Of a stretch of DNA of 44,994 nucleotides, positions 1-9,189 are shown piece by piece. The notes under the pieces are model-generated. The model was given only the letters and a program-made list of their open reading frames with translations, was not told where the DNA came from and did not search any database. The translations under genes and the position numbers were made by a program. Position 1 is the first letter of the stretch. Each line of letters starts with the position of its first letter. Source of the DNA: a virus; the IMG/VR virus record IMGVR_UViG_3300006224_000004; one strand, written 5' to 3'.

Positions 1-120
1 CGCTCAAGAAGCACGTCGCCTTCTCCGACCTAGCGGGGCCAAAATGAGTGCTGCGTCTCTCGCCGTCGCCATCTCCCTGACTGGCGTCATCTACTTCCTG
101 CTGGCTCTGTGCGTCATCGC
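1..120. repeat. Terminal direct repeat, identical to 44875-44994 (circularisation overlap)
   Basis: Read directly: cgctcaagaagcacgtcgcc...ctctgtgcgtcatcgc occurs at both ends with an offset of 44,874 nt. Confidence 0.97.
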
Positions 121-274
121 CATCCTCGTCGTCGGAGTGCGGTGGCTGCTCGGCCAGATGGGCGTGACCATCCCGAATCCCATCCTTGCGATCTTGGGCT
201 TCATGCTGTTCCTGATCGTGCTGCTCTGGTTCATGGGCGTCATCGGGGGCGGCTCGAGCGTGGTCATCAGGTGA
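44..274 (+). CDS. Small membrane protein, holin candidate
   Basis: 76 aa with two long hydrophobic segments (AVAISLTGVIYFLLALCVIAILVV and ILAILGFMLFLIVLLWFMGVIGG). Its ATG overlaps the stop of the junction-spanning 54-aa ORF (ATGA). It lies upstream of a putative cell-wall peptidase. Confidence 0.55.
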   Translation: MSAASLAVAISLTGVIYFLLALCVIAILVVGVRWLLGQMGVTIPNPILAILGFMLFLIVLLWFMGVIGGGSSVVIR

Positions 275-282
275 GGTCGCCG

Positions 283-543
283 ATGCCAACCAACCACGAG
301 ATCGTCCTGCTCATCGACGGCCTGCGGAAACAGGTGATGGACGTCCTCGCCGCGACGATGCTCCCGCCCGGGATGCACGCCCGGTTGAGCGTCGTCTTCG
401 CGGACGCCACGCTCAAGGCGGCGACCGTAGGTCCGCCCGCCGTGACTCAACCCGTCGCGGCACCGCCGAAGAAACCGTCGGCGCGGCGCATCCTGCCGAA
501 ACCGACGCTTCCCTTGAAGCCGAAGGCCGGGAAACGGGGATGA
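283..543 (+). CDS. Hypothetical protein with Pro/Lys-rich C-terminus
   Basis: Track ORF 109..543 trimmed to the first ATG after the upstream stop, preceded by GGTGAGG. 86 aa ending PPKKPSARRILPKPTLPLKPKAGKRG. No family recognised. Confidence 0.45.
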   Translation: MPTNHEIVLLIDGLRKQVMDVLAATMLPPGMHARLSVVFADATLKAATVGPPAVTQPVAAPPKKPSARRILPKPTLPLKPKAGKRG

Positions 544-547
544 CGCC

Positions 548-859
548 ATGACACAGATCGCCGCCATCGGAGAAAAGGTCGCAGGAGTCCTCGTCGATCT
601 CGTCTGCGAGCACCCGGCGTTCATCGGGTGGGCGGCGGCGATCTTCGTCCTGGCGACCTTCATCACCAACGCGATCAAGATGACCTGGCCCTGCTACAGC
701 GAGATGCCGCCGGCCGCCCGGTTCGTCCTCGGCTTCTGTATGCCGCTGGCGCTCAACTTCTGGTCGGTCGCCAAGCGGCTCGGCGTGAAGCAGCCCGACG
801 ATCCGCCGCTGTCGGCCGCAGCCGTCGCCGCCGCGACGAAAGACGATGGGAAGCCATGA
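548..859 (+). CDS. Membrane protein (two predicted TM segments), second holin-like candidate
   Basis: 103 aa with hydrophobic stretches FIGWAAAIFVLATFITNAI and ARFVLGFCMPLALNFWSV and a hydrophilic C-terminal tail. The stop overlaps the next start (ATGA). Confidence 0.55.
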   Translation: MTQIAAIGEKVAGVLVDLVCEHPAFIGWAAAIFVLATFITNAIKMTWPCYSEMPPAARFVLGFCMPLALNFWSVAKRLGVKQPDDPPLSAAAVAAATKDDGKP

Positions 860-1185
860 CGATGGACGATATGGAAGACGTAGACGTCCAGTTCGAGGAA
901 CGCAGGCGAGACGGTCACGTTACCGTGCGCGTTGTCCCGCTGAAGTACGTCATCTGGACGGCATCGGCGCTGTTCGTTCTCTGGAATCTCATCGGATTCC
1001 CGCTGCTCGACTACTACATCACCCGCCGCCTGGCCGAGCACAACGGCGACGCCGACTCACACGCGAAACTCGTCAACGCGCTCGGCGATGTTCTGCGCTC
1101 CGGCGACCGCCGCGTCGCCGACGAACTGGCAAACGTGAACGAGCGGCTGGCGCGCATCGAAGGCGCGCTCGGCGTGAAGAAATGA
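856..1185 (+). CDS. Membrane-anchored coiled-coil protein (i-spanin-like topology, speculative)
   Basis: 109 aa. An acidic N-terminus is followed by a single TM segment (YVIWTASALFVLWNLIGFPLL) and a helical C-terminus (VADELANVNERLARIEGALG). ATGA overlaps on both sides. Confidence 0.5.
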   Translation: MTMDDMEDVDVQFEERRRDGHVTVRVVPLKYVIWTASALFVLWNLIGFPLLDYYITRRLAEHNGDADSHAKLVNALGDVLRSGDRRVADELANVNERLARIEGALGVKK

Positions 1186-1649
1186 GCGGAGAGTTCAAGG
1201 CCGGCGGCGGCGACTTCGGCGGGGGCGGCGCATCGGCCGACTGGCACGACGAGCCGCTCACGTTCGCGGACATCCGTCTCCTGCAGGAATGGGAGAGCGG
1301 GAACCTGTCGAACATGACGCGGCTGATCGTCCTCGACGCCGCCAGCTTCGCCAGTAACGCGCTCGGCTGGATCTTCAAGGTCACGTCGATCTGGCGCTCG
1401 AGGGTCGAGGACGCCGAGCTCGGCGGCACGGGCATCCATCCCGCCTGGCGGGCCGTGGACGTCCGGACGAAGGACCGGCCGCCGTCGGATGTCGACCGGC
1501 TCGCCGCCTACCTGAACGGCCGGTACGTCTACGACCCGGTGCGCCCGACGAAGCCGGTCGCCTACGCCCGCCTGCACGGGTCCGGCCCGCACGTCCACAT
1601 CCAGAGCCACAACAACACGATCGAGCGCACTTACATGAGGGGAGCCTGA
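1182..1649 (+). CDS. LAS-family (peptidase M15-like) zinc peptidase, putative endolysin
   Basis: 155 aa. VTSIWRSRVEDAELGGTGIHPAWRAVDV gives H-x6-D preceded by an S-x-x-R motif, and GPHVHIQSH gives H-x-H. This is the metal-ligand pattern of VanY/M15 cell-wall peptidases. The gene follows a run of small membrane proteins. Confidence 0.55.
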   Translation: MSGEFKAGGGDFGGGGASADWHDEPLTFADIRLLQEWESGNLSNMTRLIVLDAASFASNALGWIFKVTSIWRSRVEDAELGGTGIHPAWRAVDVRTKDRPPSDVDRLAAYLNGRYVYDPVRPTKPVAYARLHGSGPHVHIQSHNNTIERTYMRGA

Positions 1650-2095
1650 TGGCCTACGCGACAGAAGCCGACCTGGCCTCGCTCATCTCCGAGACGAAGC
1701 TCGCGCAGCTCACGACCGAGTCGGGCAATATGGAAGACTCGCTCGTCCTCACCGCGGCGCTCTCCGACGCCTCGAGCCGGATCGACGGCTACCTCGCCGG
1801 CCGCTACACCGTCCCCGTCACCGACGCGACCTCGCTGGCGATTCTCAAGGCGCACTGCATCGTCCTCGTCAAGTGGTTCCTTTTCCTCCGGAACGACATT
1901 GGCGAGAGTTTCAACGGCTCGCTCGGGAACGAATACAAGGCGACGATCGACTGGCTGATGGCGATCGGCAAGGGGACGCTCTCGCTGCCGTCCGGCGCCG
2001 CGGTCCCGACCGTGGACGTCGAAGTGACGGACGAGGAGGCCATCGCCGACTCGGAAGACCCGGTCTTCGGAACCGACCTGGCGGGAGGTCTGTGA
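1649..2095 (+). CDS. Head-tail connector/adaptor protein (Mu gp36 / DUF1320-like)
   Basis: 148 aa. The N-terminus MAYATEADLASLISETKLAQLT...RIDGYLAGRYTVPV matches the remembered DUF1320 pattern. It is the first gene of the connector block before the tail tube. Confidence 0.55.
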   Translation: MAYATEADLASLISETKLAQLTTESGNMEDSLVLTAALSDASSRIDGYLAGRYTVPVTDATSLAILKAHCIVLVKWFLFLRNDIGESFNGSLGNEYKATIDWLMAIGKGTLSLPSGAAVPTVDVEVTDEEAIADSEDPVFGTDLAGGL

Positions 2096-2769
2096 AGCTG
2101 ACCGCCACCATCGAGGGCAAGGAGGAGCTTCTGGCGAGCCTGAAGGCGATGCAAGTCCGCGCCGAGAAGAAGCTCGACCTCTTCGCCGACGCCGGGCACT
2201 ACATGACCTTCACGGCCGTCCCGATGAACTTCCGGCAGCACGGCCCGGGCTGGCCGTCCGTGCGCCGTGGCGGCTCGCCCCTGATCGACACGGGGCGGCT
2301 CCGCAACTCGATCTCCTACACGGCCAACAGCCGGGACGTCGTCATCGGATCGCGGCTCGCCCAGGCCGGCATCCACAACCGCGGCGGCGAGGTCCGGCCG
2401 CGGGCCGGGAAGTTCCTCGCCATCCCGCTCGTCCCGCCGCTGACGCTGACCGAGGCGCGGACGAAGGGGCCGCGGGACTTCCACAGCACGTTCGTCCGGG
2501 CGGCGAAAGGGATCGCCGGCGGGAAACTGATCGTCTTCCAGCGGATGTGGAAAACGGCGTCGAAGGCTTCGTCGATGAAGGGCATCCGGGCGATCTTCCT
2601 GCTTCTGAAAGTCACCCGGATCAAGCGGCGCCCGTACCTGGTCTGGAAGCCTGACAACCTCCGCACCATCGGCCGGCGGTGGGCGACCTACATCGGCCGG
2701 GGCAAGGAAGCCGTCGTGCCGGCTTCTGGCGGCAGCACCGACATGGGCGGGAAGCGGGGACGCGGATGA
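2092..2769 (+). CDS. Virion morphogenesis / tail completion protein (P2 gpS / Mu gpG / HK97 gp10-like)
   Basis: GTG start overlapping the upstream TGA; 225 aa. The segment GPGWPSVRRGGSPLIDTGRLRNSISY...VVIGSRLAQAGIHNRGGE resembles the conserved core of this family. Confidence 0.5.
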   Translation: MKLTATIEGKEELLASLKAMQVRAEKKLDLFADAGHYMTFTAVPMNFRQHGPGWPSVRRGGSPLIDTGRLRNSISYTANSRDVVIGSRLAQAGIHNRGGEVRPRAGKFLAIPLVPPLTLTEARTKGPRDFHSTFVRAAKGIAGGKLIVFQRMWKTASKASSMKGIRAIFLLLKVTRIKRRPYLVWKPDNLRTIGRRWATYIGRGKEAVVPASGGSTDMGGKRGRG

Positions 2770-3206
2770 CCGACGTCGGCCTGTACGCCGCGATGGAAGC
2801 CGAGATCGTGACGGCGCTGACCGGCATGACGGGCGTCGTCGAGCTGAAGCCGACGGCGTCGGCCGAGGATCTCGTGGCGAAGGACGGCATCCGGCTCCCG
2901 GCCGTCGGCATCATCGATGCCGGGGCCGAGTGGAAAGAGCCGCTCGGCGTCGGCCAGAAGCTCCAGCGGGCGACGTTCCGGTGGGAGATCACGGTCATCG
3001 TCGGCTCGCAGCGGGGGCGGATCGACGCGCGGACGACGCTCCGAACAATCCTCGAAACGGTCCGCGACCGGCTCCACTACTCCCAGAGCGCCGTGGCGCT
3101 CAAGTCCCGGTACTACTGGCGGTCGGATCGGCCACTCGACATCGGACGCACCGACATTCTCGGCACCGTCATCGCATTTGAACTCGACGTACTCGTCGGA
3201 AATTAG
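2766..3206 (+). CDS. Neck / tail-terminator-like protein (possibly Mu gp37 / DUF1834-like)
   Basis: 146 aa with an ATGA overlap, positioned immediately before the tail tube gene. The call is mostly positional. Confidence 0.35.
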   Translation: MTDVGLYAAMEAEIVTALTGMTGVVELKPTASAEDLVAKDGIRLPAVGIIDAGAEWKEPLGVGQKLQRATFRWEITVIVGSQRGRIDARTTLRTILETVRDRLHYSQSAVALKSRYYWRSDRPLDIGRTDILGTVIAFELDVLVGN

Positions 3207-3218
3207 GAGGAAAAGGAA

Positions 3219-4214
3219 ATGGCTGATCCAGCTCTCGGTTCTCAGTCAACAGTCGCGGTCGATTTTGAGACGTCGTGGGGCGTCATCAAGACGACCGGCC
3301 CGTCGCCCGAGGGCCGCCAGCTCTCGGTCGTCTCCTGCAACATCTCGGGCACGCAGGAACTGATCGACAACCCGTCGATCCGGGGCGACTTCAACGCGAA
3401 CGACCCCGCCTTCGGCGTCCGGAGCGGCACGGGCGACATGGCCGTCATCCCGAACGTCCGGTGCCTGCCCTTCTTCACGAAGCTCCTGACCGGGACGCTC
3501 GTCAAGACGGGCGCCGGCGACCCCTACACGCTGACCTCGAAGCTCGGCTCCACGGCCCCGCCATCGGCCGTCATCGAGATCGACCACAACATCAACGGGA
3601 CGCACCGCTACATCCGCGCCATCGGTGCCCGGATGAACACGATGACGATCCCGCTGGCCCCGACCGGCTTCTCTCAGTTCACGATGGGCTTCCAGTCGAA
3701 GAACGTCACCGTCGAGACGACGGCCTACGACGGCACCCTGACCGACTGGCGCACGGGTCCGACCGTCGGCGGCGGCCCGCTCGACACGCTGATGCTCGAG
3801 GCGGCCGACGTGAAGATCGGCGGCTCGGCCGTCACGTACCTCGCCTCGGGCGAGATCCGCATCAACGCGAACCTCCAGAGCGGCTCGGTCGTCGGCGCGG
3901 ACGCCGCGATGGGCTGGCTGACGCCCGGCCGGTACTCGATCGACGGGACGATCAAGTGCGTCGTCAACGACGTCGCGGTCCTCGGCCTCTCGGGCGCGAC
4001 CGCGTCCTCGCTCGAGTTCACTTGGACGGCGGGAGTGAACCGCTCCTTCCGGATCAAGCTCCCGAAGGTCATCTTCCAGCCGAACACGCCGCCGCTCGCC
4101 AACGACGGGCCGGTGTTCATGGATCTCAGCTACCGCGCCGCCTACAACACCAGCGACGCCACGATGCTCATCATGGAAACCATTCAGGACCAGCAGGACA
4201 CGTACTACGCCTGA
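3219..4214 (+). CDS. Major tail tube protein
   Basis: 331 aa with a strong SD (AGGAGGAAAAGGAAATG). It lies immediately upstream of the G/GT chaperone pair and the tape measure. The sequence is beta-rich. Confidence 0.65.
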   Translation: MADPALGSQSTVAVDFETSWGVIKTTGPSPEGRQLSVVSCNISGTQELIDNPSIRGDFNANDPAFGVRSGTGDMAVIPNVRCLPFFTKLLTGTLVKTGAGDPYTLTSKLGSTAPPSAVIEIDHNINGTHRYIRAIGARMNTMTIPLAPTGFSQFTMGFQSKNVTVETTAYDGTLTDWRTGPTVGGGPLDTLMLEAADVKIGGSAVTYLASGEIRINANLQSGSVVGADAAMGWLTPGRYSIDGTIKCVVNDVAVLGLSGATASSLEFTWTAGVNRSFRIKLPKVIFQPNTPPLANDGPVFMDLSYRAAYNTSDATMLIMETIQDQQDTYYA

Positions 4215-4233
4215 GACGGCAGAAGGAGGGCAA

Positions 4234-4563
4234 GTGAAGCAATACACCACGGAATCGGGGGATCTCGTCGAGGTGCATCCGCTGACGCAGAAAAAGGCAG
4301 CCGATGCCTCGCGGGAACTCGCACGCCGCAACCTGGACTGGCGGCCCGGCTCGTCGCCGATGCACGTCGAGTTCGAGGGAGGAGTCGAGCTGGCGTTCCA
4401 GCTCGTCGCCTCGTTCGAGTCGAACGGACAGAAGCTCTCGCCGACCGCCTACCGGAAGCGGATCATCGACGACGACGACCTGCGGGCTTGGATCGTCCAG
4501 AAGGCCAGCGAGCTTCGGGAGGAGACGTCCAAGAAGTCCGAGGTCGAAGGAAAAAACTCCTAG
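4234..4563 (+). CDS. Tail assembly chaperone (gpG-like)
   Basis: 109 aa, GTG start with SD GAAGGAGGG. It sits between the tail tube and tape measure genes and ends just after an A_AAA_AAC slippery heptamer. Confidence 0.7.
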   Translation: MKQYTTESGDLVEVHPLTQKKAADASRELARRNLDWRPGSSPMHVEFEGGVELAFQLVASFESNGQKLSPTAYRKRIIDDDDLRAWIVQKASELREETSKKSEVEGKNS

Positions 4564-4928
4564 AGGCCGTCCGCCGTGCGACCAATGCGAGCGGCCTCGA
4601 TTTCGCCAACTGCGGCGTATGCCGCGAGGCGGGGCGTGCCCGGTACGGGCGCGACGTCTGCTTCCACACGGGCGAGGACTGCCGGAAGGAGCGCGAGGCG
4701 AAGGGCCTCACGTTCCGGCAGATGGAGGCGCTGCGTTTGTGGCGGCACGCCCAGACGCAGTGGCGCGTCGGCTTCGGCGGCGCGACGGGGCTGGACTATG
4801 CCGGCGTCGCCGCGCTTGCCGGGACGATCGACGTGGACTTCGGGTGGGTGTTCGACCTCATTCAAGGGCTGGAGATGGATCAGTTGAACGAGTGGCGCAA
4901 GGAATCTGAAGCGAGGACCAAGAAGTAG
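4234..4928 (+). CDS. Tail assembly chaperone frameshift fusion (gpGT-like), -1 shift at 4551-4557
   Basis: The -1 frame stays open from the slippery site to TAG 4926-4928 and has strong GC3 bias and a protein-like translation (LLEAVRRATNASGLDFANCGVCREAG...). That frame has no start codon until about 4720. It ends one nt before the tape measure GTG. Confidence 0.6.
4551..4557 (+). promoter_or_regulatory. Programmed -1 ribosomal frameshift slippery heptamer A_AAA_AAC
   Basis: Zero-frame codons are GGA AAA AAC TCC TAG. The heptamer is in the canonical X_XXY_YYZ register, 2 codons before the gpG stop. Confidence 0.65.
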
Positions 4929-7900
4929 TGGCTGACTACAACGCTTCGATCCGTTTGACCGCAGAGGACGCCGCCAGTCCGGCGATCCAGCGGATCGGGC
5001 AGACCGTCTCCGGGTTGTTCGGGCAACTGACCGCGCTCGCCGGCATCGCGGGCGGGGCGTTCAGCTTCGGGGCCGCCATCAAGACGGGCATCGAGTTCAA
5101 CAGCGTCATGGAGGACACGAAGGCCGGAATCGCGGCCCTCCTCCTGGCGAACCAGGACTACACGACCTCGACGGGCGAGGCGGCGACGCAGCAGCAGGCG
5201 ATGAACGCCGCGATGTCGCAGGCGTCGGAGATACAGGCGCAACTCAAGACGGACGCGCTCACGACGGCCGCCTCCTACGAGGAGCTGACGAAGGCGTTTC
5301 AGGCGGCGCTCGGGCCGGCGCTGACGGCCGGCGTCACGAACATCGACCAGGTGCGGCAGATCACCGTCGCCGCCGCGCAGGCCATGCAGGCGCTCTCGAT
5401 CCCGACGCACCAGGCAGCGCAAGAGCTCCGGGCGCTATTCACCGGCGAGACCGGCCCGGACAACCGGCTGAACCAGGTGCTTCGGATTACGAGGGATGAG
5501 ATCAACAAGGTTAGAGCCTCCGGCGGCGACCTCGCCGAGTTCTACCTGAACAAGCTGCGGCCGTTCACGGAGGCCGCCGCCGAGGCCACGGCGAACTTCT
5601 CCGTTCGGATGTCGAACCTCAAGGACCGGCTCGGACAGGTGCTCGGCGAGGCGTCGAAGCCGCTCTTCGACGTCCTCAAGAAGCAGCTCGTCCTCGCCGA
5701 CGAGGCGGCGGCCGGCTTCCAGCAGAAATTGAACGAGATGGGCCGCGTCATCGCGGACCTCGTCACCAAGTATTCGCCGCTGATCCAGAGCCTCATCCAG
5801 TTCGGCGTCGTCGCCGCGGACGCCGGGCTGAAGTTCCTGCAAGCCCTCAACCCGCTCCTGCCGGCGGTGAAACTGCTCGTGGACGGCATCACGGCTATCA
5901 CCGATGCGCTCGGGCCGATGACCATCGGGGTCTACCTCGCCGTCAAGGCGTGGCTGGCCTTGCAGGGAGCCGCGTCCGCGCTGGCGGTAATCACGTCAAC
6001 GGTCACGACCGGCTTCATTGGCCTGACCGGAAGTATCTTGACCGCGACCGTCGCATCCGCCCCGCTGGCCGCCGTCCTCGGGACCATCGGCGCCGTCGCC
6101 GTCGTCACGGGTGCCGCGATCGTCGCCCTGAAGCTCTACTTCGTCGATCTTCGGGAGGAGAACAAGAAGGTCGCCGTCTCCTTCGGAAATCTGAAGGACA
6201 ACACGCAGACCCTGATCGACACGCTCTCCGCGAAATTTCCCGACAACGCGAACATCGTAAAACTCGGGAAGGATCTCGCCGCCGCGAAGACGGACGACGA
6301 GATCACGAAGGTCAACGATGCGGCACAGAAACTCGCCCGGTCGTTAAGGGGTACGACCGAGGAAGTCAAGAGCAACGTGAAGGCCGTGGGCGAGGCTGCG
6401 AAGAAGTGGGGCGAGTGGAAACAGCCGATCATCGACATCGCCGACAAGGTCAAGGACTACATCGACAAGGACAGGTCGATGTTCCAGTCGGTCTCGGAAA
6501 ATCTCGTGAAGTTGAAAGGGATGTGGAACCTTTCGGCGCTCGAGAAGATCCAGTTGGACGGCCAGCAGGAGCAGTCGGAGATCCGGAAGATCGAGACCTG
6601 GATGAAGGCGAACAAGGAGTTCTTCGACAAGAATCCGGAACTCCAGAGACAGATGATTGCCGCGATGGAGAGGGCGCGGAAAGAGGCGGGCGATCGGGAG
6701 AAGCTCGCGCTCGACAAGCACCTCTACGAAGTCCAGGGCATCTACGAGAACCACACGCCGCTCTTCAAGGCGGCAATGGTGTCCGGCTTCGTCACCGGCA
6801 TGACCGCCGTGGCGGCGCAGATCCCGACGATGCGGCAGACGTGGGAAGGCGCTCTGACGACGGCGTGGACGGCGCTCGCGGCGACCTTCGACAAGGCGTT
6901 CTTCTCGGTCCTGAAGGGCGACATGGACGGCTTGAAAGAAACCTTCCAGTCCTTCGGCGACGCGCTGCTCGGGATCTTCTCGAAGGTCTTCTCCGACATC
7001 GCGCAGCGGTGGCTCGCCACGAAGCTCGGATTCGAGATGGGGCCGAACGGGCAGTGGCAAGTCGGCAAGGGCGGCGGCGGGCTCGGGATGATTCTCGGAG
7101 TTGCCGGGGCGGGAGCCTTCGCCGGATACGGCTTCGGTAGCAGCGGATCAGGCGCGACCGTCGGATCGAGTATCGCCGGAGCCGCCGGAGGGGCGGCGCT
7201 TGCGACTGGCCTCGCCGCTATGGCGGGCCTGATTACGATCCCCATTGCCGGATGGATTGTCGCGGCCGTCGGCGCCATCCTTCTCGCTGTCTCTTCGCTA
7301 CTCAAGAAGAGCACGCAAGAGTGGAGCACTCTGATCGGCGGGCAAGTCCTGAGCCAGAGCACGGAAGCCGGGATGCAGCTCTGGAACGCCTACGGCAAGA
7401 CGCTAGGAAGTCTCGCCGGCATCATGCGGACGGGCGGCGGCAAGGGAACGGATCTCATCTCGATGCTGCGCTGGAACTCTGACGAGTTCCTCCGCTCGAC
7501 GAACATCAAGTGGGGCTCCGGCGATCCGAAGGACACGCAAGTCCTCTGGGAAACGTACCTGAAGAACTGGTTCCCGAAGACGCTGCTCTCGATGGCCTTC
7601 GGCAGACAGCCGACGGGCGGGTTCGAGAGCTTCGCCGGTGTCGGGGCGAATATGCAGGGCGTCCCGACCTTCGCCGGCGGTGCCGGCGACACGCCGCTGA
7701 CGCGGATGATGAGGGATCTCGGCTTCACGACGAAGGCGCTGGATGCCATCGCCAACCAGATCGACACCCGCGACGCCGAGGAGTTCATCGCCTGGCTCGA
7801 CAAACTGGTCGGCGTCGTCAAGGGCTTCAAGGATCTCTCTGCGAACTTCAAGAAGACGGCCGCCGAGATATGGGGCGACCTCGCCGCGCAGGAGGCGAAG

Positions 7901-8701
7901 ACGCCGGCCGACCTGTTCGCCGAGGGCGCGTCCCGCATCGTCGATCTCGCCGCCGAACTGGATCTCTACACGGGCGACGAGCAGCTCACGAAGGCGGCCG
8001 AGCTCGTCGAACTGGCGCAGCAGTATTACAACGACCAGGTCGCCTACCTGAGCAGTCTCCGCGAGCTCCAGAAGTCGATCACCGAGAGCGTCAACCAGCA
8101 GATCCGCGGGATGCGGCTCGACGTGATGACCCCGGGCCAGCGCGAGAGCTTCCTGATGGGCGAGACGCAGGGGCTCATCGCGTCTCTGGCGAAGGCGACG
8201 TCACCGGCCGAGATCAGCAAGATCATGCAGCAGATCCAGGCCAACATCTCGTCCATCTTCTCGGCCTCCGAGAACAAGGCCGGGATTCTGGACGCGATGG
8301 AGGCGCTGCTCCGGAGCGCCGAGGCCGCCGCGTCGGCACGCATCAAGGAGCTCGGCGACTCGGCCCTCGCCGCGAATCCCGGGCTGGCCGATGCGATGGA
8401 CCGGGCGAAGGAACTCTTCACGAACATGGGGCCGTCGCTGGCGAATGTGACGGCCGCCGCCGTGGACGACGCCGCGGCCCTGACGGCCAATGCGGACGCG
8501 GCGAACGCCTCGGCCAATGCCCTGACCACGCTGGCCGACGTCGTCGATGCCGCCGTTCAGTCCGTCAAGGAGTTCCGGGCCGAACTCAGCGGGCCGCTGT
8601 CCGCCGCGAACCCGGCCAACACACGGGCGATCCTGCGGGAGAACAACCGGACGCTCGTGATGGCGATCCGGCAAAACCCGGCGCTGATCGGGATGGCGTA
8701 G
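4928..8701 (+). CDS. Tape measure protein
   Basis: 1257 aa with a GTG start abutting the GT stop. It is Ala/Leu/Gln-rich and helical, with a central Gly-rich hydrophobic segment (GGGGLGMILGVAGAGAFAGYGFGSSGSG...IPIAGWIVAAVGAILLAV). It is in the canonical position after G/GT. Confidence 0.9.
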   Translation: MADYNASIRLTAEDAASPAIQRIGQTVSGLFGQLTALAGIAGGAFSFGAAIKTGIEFNSVMEDTKAGIAALLLANQDYTTSTGEAATQQQAMNAAMSQASEIQAQLKTDALTTAASYEELTKAFQAALGPALTAGVTNIDQVRQITVAAAQAMQALSIPTHQAAQELRALFTGETGPDNRLNQVLRITRDEINKVRASGGDLAEFYLNKLRPFTEAAAEATANFSVRMSNLKDRLGQVLGEASKPLFDVLKKQLVLADEAAAGFQQKLNEMGRVIADLVTKYSPLIQSLIQFGVVAADAGLKFLQALNPLLPAVKLLVDGITAITDALGPMTIGVYLAVKAWLALQGAASALAVITSTVTTGFIGLTGSILTATVASAPLAAVLGTIGAVAVVTGAAIVALKLYFVDLREENKKVAVSFGNLKDNTQTLIDTLSAKFPDNANIVKLGKDLAAAKTDDEITKVNDAAQKLARSLRGTTEEVKSNVKAVGEAAKKWGEWKQPIIDIADKVKDYIDKDRSMFQSVSENLVKLKGMWNLSALEKIQLDGQQEQSEIRKIETWMKANKEFFDKNPELQRQMIAAMERARKEAGDREKLALDKHLYEVQGIYENHTPLFKAAMVSGFVTGMTAVAAQIPTMRQTWEGALTTAWTALAATFDKAFFSVLKGDMDGLKETFQSFGDALLGIFSKVFSDIAQRWLATKLGFEMGPNGQWQVGKGGGGLGMILGVAGAGAFAGYGFGSSGSGATVGSSIAGAAGGAALATGLAAMAGLITIPIAGWIVAAVGAILLAVSSLLKKSTQEWSTLIGGQVLSQSTEAGMQLWNAYGKTLGSLAGIMRTGGGKGTDLISMLRWNSDEFLRSTNIKWGSGDPKDTQVLWETYLKNWFPKTLLSMAFGRQPTGGFESFAGVGANMQGVPTFAGGAGDTPLTRMMRDLGFTTKALDAIANQIDTRDAEEFIAWLDKLVGVVKGFKDLSANFKKTAAEIWGDLAAQEAKTPADLFAEGASRIVDLAAELDLYTGDEQLTKAAELVELAQQYYNDQVAYLSSLRELQKSITESVNQQIRGMRLDVMTPGQRESFLMGETQGLIASLAKATSPAEISKIMQQIQANISSIFSASENKAGILDAMEALLRSAEAAASARIKELGDSALAANPGLADAMDRAKELFTNMGPSLANVTAAAVDDAAALTANADAANASANALTTLADVVDAAVQSVKEFRAELSGPLSAANPANTRAILRENNRTLVMAIRQNPALIGMA

Positions 8702-8703
8702 CG

Positions 8704-9189
8704 ATGACGTACATCACCGACCACGCCGGCGACGCCAGCCTCCTGAAGTGGCGGCTGCTGCATCTCGACTGGAGCGACGACGACGGGAACGTCGACTTCC
8801 GCTTCACCGACTGCGACGTGCCGCTCAGGTACGACAGCCAGACGTGGGACGTCCGGGCGTTCACGGTCGGCTCGATCACGCAGTCGCCGACCGGCCCGTC
8901 CTGCACCTTCTCCATCCCCGACGCCGACCAGGAGCTCTTCCCGCAACTGTCCGACACGAACGGGGCACAGGGCCGGATGGTGCTGGTCTACGAGGCGTAC
9001 TTCGCCTCCGACAACGCGACGAACACGCCGACGGAGGTCAAGCAGATATACGCCGGGCGCGTCGTCACGACCCGGAAGAACACGGCCGGCGGGACCGACA
9101 CCGTCGAGATCCAGTGCGGGCCGCCGACGACCACCGACGCCGTCGAGATCCCGCCGCGCCTCTACACGTCACTGGTGAGGGCCGCCTGA
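8704..9189 (+). CDS. Minor tail protein (distal tail protein-like position)
   Basis: 161 aa and the first gene after the tape measure. Track ORF 7510..9189 trimmed to ATG 8704. Confidence 0.5.
   Translation: MTYITDHAGDASLLKWRLLHLDWSDDDGNVDFRFTDCDVPLRYDSQTWDVRAFTVGSITQSPTGPSCTFSIPDADQELFPQLSDTNGAQGRMVLVYEAYFASDNATNTPTEVKQIYAGRVVTTRKNTAGGTDTVEIQCGPPTTTDAVEIPPRLYTSLVRAA

Noticed and set aside
1-120. The terminal repeat as a cos site or a biologically meaningful direct terminal repeat.
   Set aside because: It cuts through coding sequence at an arbitrary point and carries no terminase-site features that I can recognise. An assembler circularisation overlap is the simpler explanation, though it is not excluded without read data.
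4576-4887. An independent 103-aa ORF after the gpG stop, in the gpG frame.
   Set aside because: The translation is Arg/Ala/Ser-rich junk. The -1 frame over the same DNA has coherent sequence and strong GC3 and is reached through a canonical slippery site.
5950-8700. Alternative-frame plus-strand ORFs inside the tape measure gene (5950..7140, and the 5' part of 7510..9189). Long 5' extensions of 8748..9827, 9239..13009, 15859..17376 and 21961..22641 were also considered.
   Set aside because: They overlap a stronger gene in another frame and are Arg/Gly/Asp-rich. The real genes begin at internal ATG or GTG codons that overlap the upstream stop codon.
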